Shown here: positions 60,201-64,000 of the stretch, piece after piece
Layout of the letters: each line of letters opens with the position of its first letter
Numbering within the stretch: the stretch's first letter is position 1
IMG/VR virus record: IMGVR_UViG_3300022935_000010
Location: 43,116-107,115 of that record
Strand: one strand, 5' to 3'
From: a virus
DNA length: 64,000 nt
Translations under genes and position numbers: made by a program
The notes under the pieces: generated by a model
Told to the model about the DNA's origin: nothing
What the model saw: only the letters and a program-made list of their open reading frames with translations
The model's database searches: none

Positions 60201-62825
60201 CAATCAGTTACCCAATCTAACACAAAGGAATTTATTTTTAATTATGGAAAACTGGATACCGAGTATGAGTATTTGGAGGAAAATTATACAACATCTAGGG
60301 CCAATAGGTCCAAAATAGTACCATTTATTAACAAATGGGGTTACTTAGGAGGTACTGATGCTAGAGGTCACAAATATAGACTTAATGCTTCCCCAGCTTT
60401 TAGTCCAACCAACTTCTCGCCAAGTTTTGAGAAGGAAACCCCAGATCCAATGTACCTTACTCACGAATGGTTGCTTCTAGAGGGAGTTCCTGATGGTTAT
60501 CCTGTTGATAAAATGGAAAGTCAGAATAGCTATTTGCCCTCTAAGATTGACTTGTCTAAAATAAGAAGTGCAGATCCTGCGGATAGCTTGTATTTCTCCT
60601 CCTTTTTTACTGTTGATCCATTGGATTACAGTAGTCCATACAACGTAACTGTTAATACCACAAAGGAGCTTTTCACTCCATTTGTTTATAACAAGTCTAC
60701 TGGATTTTATGATTCCGTATTTAGAGGTGCAAAAATATCTCTGAGAAGAAGAAGTACAGTTGTAAATCCACAGAGCGATCTTGAGAAATATGTGCCTAAC
60801 TTTAGGGGATTCCAAGATTATAAATTTGCATCGGTGCTAAGAATAATACCTGAAACAAGCAATAGTATACAAGCTCCAGTAAGCTATGAAATAATTGAAA
60901 ACACCCAGCAGAAGTGTGTTCTATTTGTTTGTACAGCTGTAATTAAAGATTATAGAGCATTGCCACTTGGATATACTGGAGGAACCGGTGGTAACCCATC
61001 TGTAGACTATACATTACTTTACAGCTTAAGCGATAAAAATAAGGACGCTGGCGTAGGAGCAACCGGAACTACCGGTGCAACTGGCATTCCACTTTATGAG
61101 ATAGATGACATTAAGCTTAGTTCAGCTTTGGATCTATCTATGATCTCAGATAGTTCTGTCACGCAGTTTACTAATCCTGGGTTTATATACACTATACCTA
61201 ACAGTGAATATGACACTGACCTAAGGGAGGAAATAAACACGATATACCCAGTCGGTGCAAGCACTACTATTCCATCTACAGGAAAGGGAAGTTTCAGCGT
61301 ACCTGCAATTTCATCTACCTATCCATGGCCTGTAGGAAGATCTAAAAATTTGGCTTCGTTCGGTCCAGTTAGCTCTAGTTATTATTTTGATATACCGTTT
61401 GCCTTTAGCTCTCCAGTTACTATCCCAGTGGGACCAAGGAGTGCATACGAGGGTAATCCGGTATTCCAGTTAGAGGGGGGTGAGAAATACTTCGACTTCA
61501 TAATGAGGAGGATTTCACTATCTCAAATTTCGGATCGTGTAAATAACGAAAGCCCCTATATTAAGTACAGAACATATTCTTGGAACGAGGATACACAAAC
61601 AACGGAGGAAAGAAGCGATTATTTCCAAATTTATATGCAACAACCTACTGCTCTTTACCGTGCAGCTGGTACATATCCAGTAGCTGATTATTCAGGACCA
61701 CAAACACTTGGACAAAATGAACCTACTGGATATCAAATACAAGTGGGTGGCTCTTCTTATGCATCGGACATTTTAAGATATGCTGGTAAATATGAACCTT
61801 TGTTTAGGAAAATTATTAGATACAAAAACGATAAAACCGATACTATAACTGGATATAGTACGGCTGATTTGAGTTACAGGAATTGTACCTTAGCGCCAGA
61901 GAAAATATCATTCGGGGAGGTACAGAATCTTAACTATAGTAAGGTGTCTCTAGGTAAAAACATATTGGAAAAGTCAGACAACCTTCCATTAGGGCCTGTT
62001 TATCCTTTGGTTGGTGAAACACCAATTGCTAAAAAAGACTTCCCTATTTTCCTTTCAACCTGGGATCCTGGATATTTTAACCTTTATACTTCTGCAACGC
62101 AAAATTCACCTGTTGCTGGTACCCGGTCTATGAGGGAAAATAAGTCATTCTTTGGTTCTAAAATGATGCAAACCCCATACACCATAACGGCGTACACTTT
62201 TATCACTCTTGAGGTAAACAGAACAACAGGGGAAACTGATATTCAGAAGATTAACACTGCTGCTCAAAATGCTTTAAGTGAAATCCAGAGCATTACACCA
62301 AAAACTTCAAACACAGGTATTGGACAGCTTGGAACCGTATTATCTAATGTGGATCTTCAGGTGTTTGACGAAGGTATTTTCCCTGACGTAGAGGTTTTCT
62401 GGCAGAAGAATGAAAGAACTAATACCCTTTATGGATCCATCAGATTGGATAGGATCCTTAGAAGATACCTTTTGAATGCTGGTATAAGCAAGGTATTCGT
62501 TGAAAATATAATAAGTGAATTTGGTGTAGGAGATCCAGAGAATATCAATGATGATATTAAGACTTATATCGACAAAAACGTGGTTCCAATCTACCAAGGA
62601 ATTACTTTCGATCTTTTTGTTAAAAAGACTGGAACAAATCTAACATCCACTGAACTACTACTAAGGGGTGATTTGATAGGTCCTGATAGGATAAGATATT
62701 CGTATTATTCAGAGCCCAATTATAAGCTGACCAAAAGGAATGCTCTTTCATACACCTTTGAGCTTCCACTAGAAAGTGGGAAAAACTACTCAACAACGTT
62801 TGGATTCCAGATTGAAAAAATATAA
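57294..62825 (+). CDS. very large virion structural protein with a small carbohydrate-binding-like module
   Basis: 1843 aa; WNNTSAYSSGDVV...YYQAK...P...W resembles CBM5/12. Confidence 0.55.
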   Translation: MAAPKLFDYNSSFGLLRTNPKITGNVKVSLDSSGGVWLNSFNANPTLSSDKFKKFEVTGEDSYATDLYNFFDKGSIANDLIFQVGELTDGSSKAQEDFEFQYDFFYGSGASTLIDKNYTENFSFLQPLWLRDELPEFFVIFKIPEPLSYPYTTNVTRIQKTISYKLIQDPDSSETFQIAYGKDNSGQEVIYSSNEIFEGLDLYTNYSVVSGSGKVVEMDELKFQNQVNDVESFFNSQILPNATVVSTFDLRSETKIGKYIRSIVNNKNYKQSPIDFSFQPNTYTYYNGASIKDGVFTESGELLYDYLVSPQSSVQSDFENYVTDGFQRNGIICPNVLNMEFLFNDTDSDLYTINRYFGFYVSKNDLGNFFLNGDYFYEFRNDENNLNLPKPSRNNVGHYEDNKPNFQSSTGGVRLYYEGASGWIPGSYDTNINDAQKLYYITDKSDNFYSLKRYPNYNTTTKTWENNTPDYAKYGPYDGSSFGVTGNTSLPTGSIVVGNTSVNLQDFTGYGDKIGSIKGSLPNSNGRANIGIEFLSTEELDQEIVFKIFWPNGTRSEAAGRYDLIKSGEFGGTLVGWKEGSSYNIGNEHFYNAIDGTTDNVASAFCDCVKSISDVVWDSAPSSSTSVIRAKAAGKKVNSTFKVVAYEDYASFESAYVGLWNNTSAYSSGDVVISSDVYYQAKNNIPAATPGSENLLPPSDSTNWELYYTFSTSGIVKISGIDASVLSGITSFVGGTDYPLSRVAFDIKEINKVVEGSYIQVTSGTGVTGGASMIESVTRYVDDPAFDANGKVTGFRGYKELLVANLRDQKSVIDLGTSGSFNLFEMPKINTGVFSFFDVKDFDFDFWASDYGETPTPEFHRYFQLIPEVRGQIKENVKYLVKSGEIVVDVGTGTERKIPAGKAFIGTSVNYFQDIGFTTTGVESIVVPAIFTQILWKDVDSFYNVKGINFESNLDSFDGFYGIQSISETQSVTQSNTKEFIFNYGKLDTEYEYLEENYTTSRANRSKIVPFINKWGYLGGTDARGHKYRLNASPAFSPTNFSPSFEKETPDPMYLTHEWLLLEGVPDGYPVDKMESQNSYLPSKIDLSKIRSADPADSLYFSSFFTVDPLDYSSPYNVTVNTTKELFTPFVYNKSTGFYDSVFRGAKISLRRRSTVVNPQSDLEKYVPNFRGFQDYKFASVLRIIPETSNSIQAPVSYEIIENTQQKCVLFVCTAVIKDYRALPLGYTGGTGGNPSVDYTLLYSLSDKNKDAGVGATGTTGATGIPLYEIDDIKLSSALDLSMISDSSVTQFTNPGFIYTIPNSEYDTDLREEINTIYPVGASTTIPSTGKGSFSVPAISSTYPWPVGRSKNLASFGPVSSSYYFDIPFAFSSPVTIPVGPRSAYEGNPVFQLEGGEKYFDFIMRRISLSQISDRVNNESPYIKYRTYSWNEDTQTTEERSDYFQIYMQQPTALYRAAGTYPVADYSGPQTLGQNEPTGYQIQVGGSSYASDILRYAGKYEPLFRKIIRYKNDKTDTITGYSTADLSYRNCTLAPEKISFGEVQNLNYSKVSLGKNILEKSDNLPLGPVYPLVGETPIAKKDFPIFLSTWDPGYFNLYTSATQNSPVAGTRSMRENKSFFGSKMMQTPYTITAYTFITLEVNRTTGETDIQKINTAAQNALSEIQSITPKTSNTGIGQLGTVLSNVDLQVFDEGIFPDVEVFWQKNERTNTLYGSIRLDRILRRYLLNAGISKVFVENIISEFGVGDPENINDDIKTYIDKNVVPIYQGITFDLFVKKTGTNLTSTELLLRGDLIGPDRIRYSYYSEPNYKLTKRNALSYTFELPLESGKNYSTTFGFQIEKI

Positions 62826-62841
62826 GGGGATTAAGAGCAAA

Positions 62842-62850
62842 GAATATATA
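62842..62850 (+). promoter_or_regulatory. late-promoter-like motif variant GAATATATA
   Basis: Intergenic, 20 nt before ATG 62871. Confidence 0.55.
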
Positions 62851-62870
62851 AACAAAGATAAGATAAGAAA

Positions 62871-64000
62871 ATGCCGAATCTGAACATAAAAGCTTTGAAT
62901 GCTGGTGATACTCAGGAGTCAATAAGAGAGAAGGTTAACTCAAATTTTGATTCAATTGTAGCAGCTGGCGGCGGTCCTCAAGGTCAACAGGGACAGCAAG
63001 GTGATCAGGGACCTATCGGTCCTGCTGGTCCTAAGGGGGATCCTGGGCAGGAGGGATTGAGGGGTACGAAATGGTTTGTTCAGGGAGCGGAACCAACAGG
63101 GGGAGCAAGCGACCCTATAAGGGTTGGCGATTATTGGGTACAAACCTTGGTTAATAATTCTATCTTTGAATACACCAGTTCTGGCTGGGTTGATACAGGA
63201 CAAAACCTGAAGGCCTCTGAGGTTTTTGAGGTTGTTGCTGGAATATCTGGACCTACAGGGAGCAAAGATGCCATTGTTATTAGTAGTCCATTTCCTGAAT
63301 TAAACACTTTAGTCATAAGCGACTCTGCTCCTGCGACATCAACGGTTAACCCAACTTACGCTAAATTTTTGATTTCTTCCAATGGTAACAACGATTATCC
63401 AATCATGGAGTTTTCAAAAACAAACGTAAGTGGTATAGGGACACCTTCCGATTATAATAGGCACCCGCAATTCAGATGGATAGATCCATCTGGCACTAAT
63501 TACGACCTTTTATTCTCTGTTCCTCAGGATGATTTCCGAGTTACTTCTGGTGGAAGTATGTTGCTCCAGTCAACTTCCTCTACCCTTAATATTTCCGGTA
63601 ATGGTGGGCTTAATATAACTTCTGGGTCTCAAATGACATTTACCTCAACTGGTGCTATGTCGTTTAATTCCGGAACATCTTTAATGACCTTCTCCTCTCA
63701 GAAATTTAATTTGAGCTCGAGTCTATTTGCACTTTCAGTGCCTATGACTATTTCTGGCGTTACAACCCAATCTCCTCTTTTAAGTCTTCTTAGTAGTGGT
63801 TCTGGGGACACTCTAAAGGTCCAATCTACATCTTCGTCTTCTTCTTACTATCTTCTGAGGCTATTAAGTGCAAGCACAGAAAGATTTAGTGTTAGAAATG
63901 ATGGTAAAGTAACATTCCAAAGACAAGTTAATGCAACGAATAACAATACAAGCTCTACCGCATCTTATAGCCCTACTACCGGCGGATTGTCCGCATGGGA
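62871..64000 (+). CDS. collagen-repeat tail fibre protein (3' truncated; not in the ORF track)
   Basis: MPNLNIKALNAGDTQESIREKVNSNF...GPQGQQGQQGDQGPIGPAGPKGDPGQEGLRGTKW; frame appears open to the window end. Confidence 0.85.
   Translation, partial: MPNLNIKALNAGDTQESIREKVNSNFDSIVAAGGGPQGQQGQQGDQGPIGPAGPKGDPGQEGLRGTKWFVQGAEPTGGASDPIRVGDYWVQTLVNNSIFEYTSSGWVDTGQNLKASEVFEVVAGISGPTGSKDAIVISSPFPELNTLVISDSAPATSTVNPTYAKFLISSNGNNDYPIMEFSKTNVSGIGTPSDYNRHPQFRWIDPSGTNYDLLFSVPQDDFRVTSGGSMLLQSTSSTLNISGNGGLNITSGSQMTFTSTGAMSFNSGTSLMTFSSQKFNLSSSLFALSVPMTISGVTTQSPLLSLLSSGSGDTLKVQSTSSSSSYYLLRLLSASTERFSVRNDGKVTFQRQVNATNNNTSSTASYSPTTGGLSAW
62973..63071 (+). repeat. 11 Gly-X-Y collagen triplets
   Basis: Direct translation. 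Confidence 0.9.

Noticed and set aside
3144-63316. Many short antisense or alternative-frame ORFs in the supplied track (e.g. 5796-6161, 10479-10892, 27171-27575, 62952-63203)
   Set aside because: They overlap long, motif-bearing genes and have no recognisable motifs; treated as shadow ORFs
1-64000. Cellular chromosome, prophage or eukaryotic giant virus origin (because of rpsA-, asnB-, phoH- and NEIL1-like genes)
   Set aside because: These genes are interleaved with T4-like capsid, protease, neck and baseplate genes under shared motifs; no integrase, host operons or NCLDV core genes were seen
1-64000. tRNA, rRNA or other structured RNA genes, introns and inteins
   Set aside because: Intergenic gaps are mostly under 120 nt with no cloverleaf recognised; no split genes or intein motifs noticed; a covariance search was not possible

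Overview
This window is 64 kb of a large (jumbo-type) T4-like myovirus genome. It is AT-rich, almost entirely + strand, densely coded, and reads fully in the standard code. In order it contains: a DNA-repair/nucleotide cluster (degenerate UvsE-like, NEIL1-like glycosylase, PolB-type 3'-5' exonuclease, Pol-beta-fold nucleotidyltransferase); a head module (gp21-like prohead protease fused to a repeat scaffold, gp23-like major capsid protein, several coiled-coil putative internal head proteins); an accessory block (glycosyltransferase-like genes, P-loop kinase, AsnB-type amidotransferase, Nudix hydrolase); a baseplate/neck module (gp53-, gp27-, gp5-, gp13-, gp25-, gp6-like) interrupted by a four-domain ribosomal protein S1-like gene and an amidoligase-like gene; and very large virion/fibre proteins, with an inverted phoH plus GT2 pair among them. 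A GATATATA/GATAAATA late-promoter-like motif precedes most structural units. SD-less A-rich leaders and gene content suggest a Bacteroidota host (inference). Leading hypotheses are: (i) a virion-glycosylation system, pairing three GT-like enzymes with dispersed G-x-T-G motifs concentrated in predicted exterior proteins; (ii) a family of capsid-targeted cargo proteins that includes a nucleotidyltransferase; (iii) a late-expressed bS1-like/amidoligase-like pair; and (iv) a nested scaffold gene with its own internal promoter. All family assignments come from motif recognition by eye; no searches were run.
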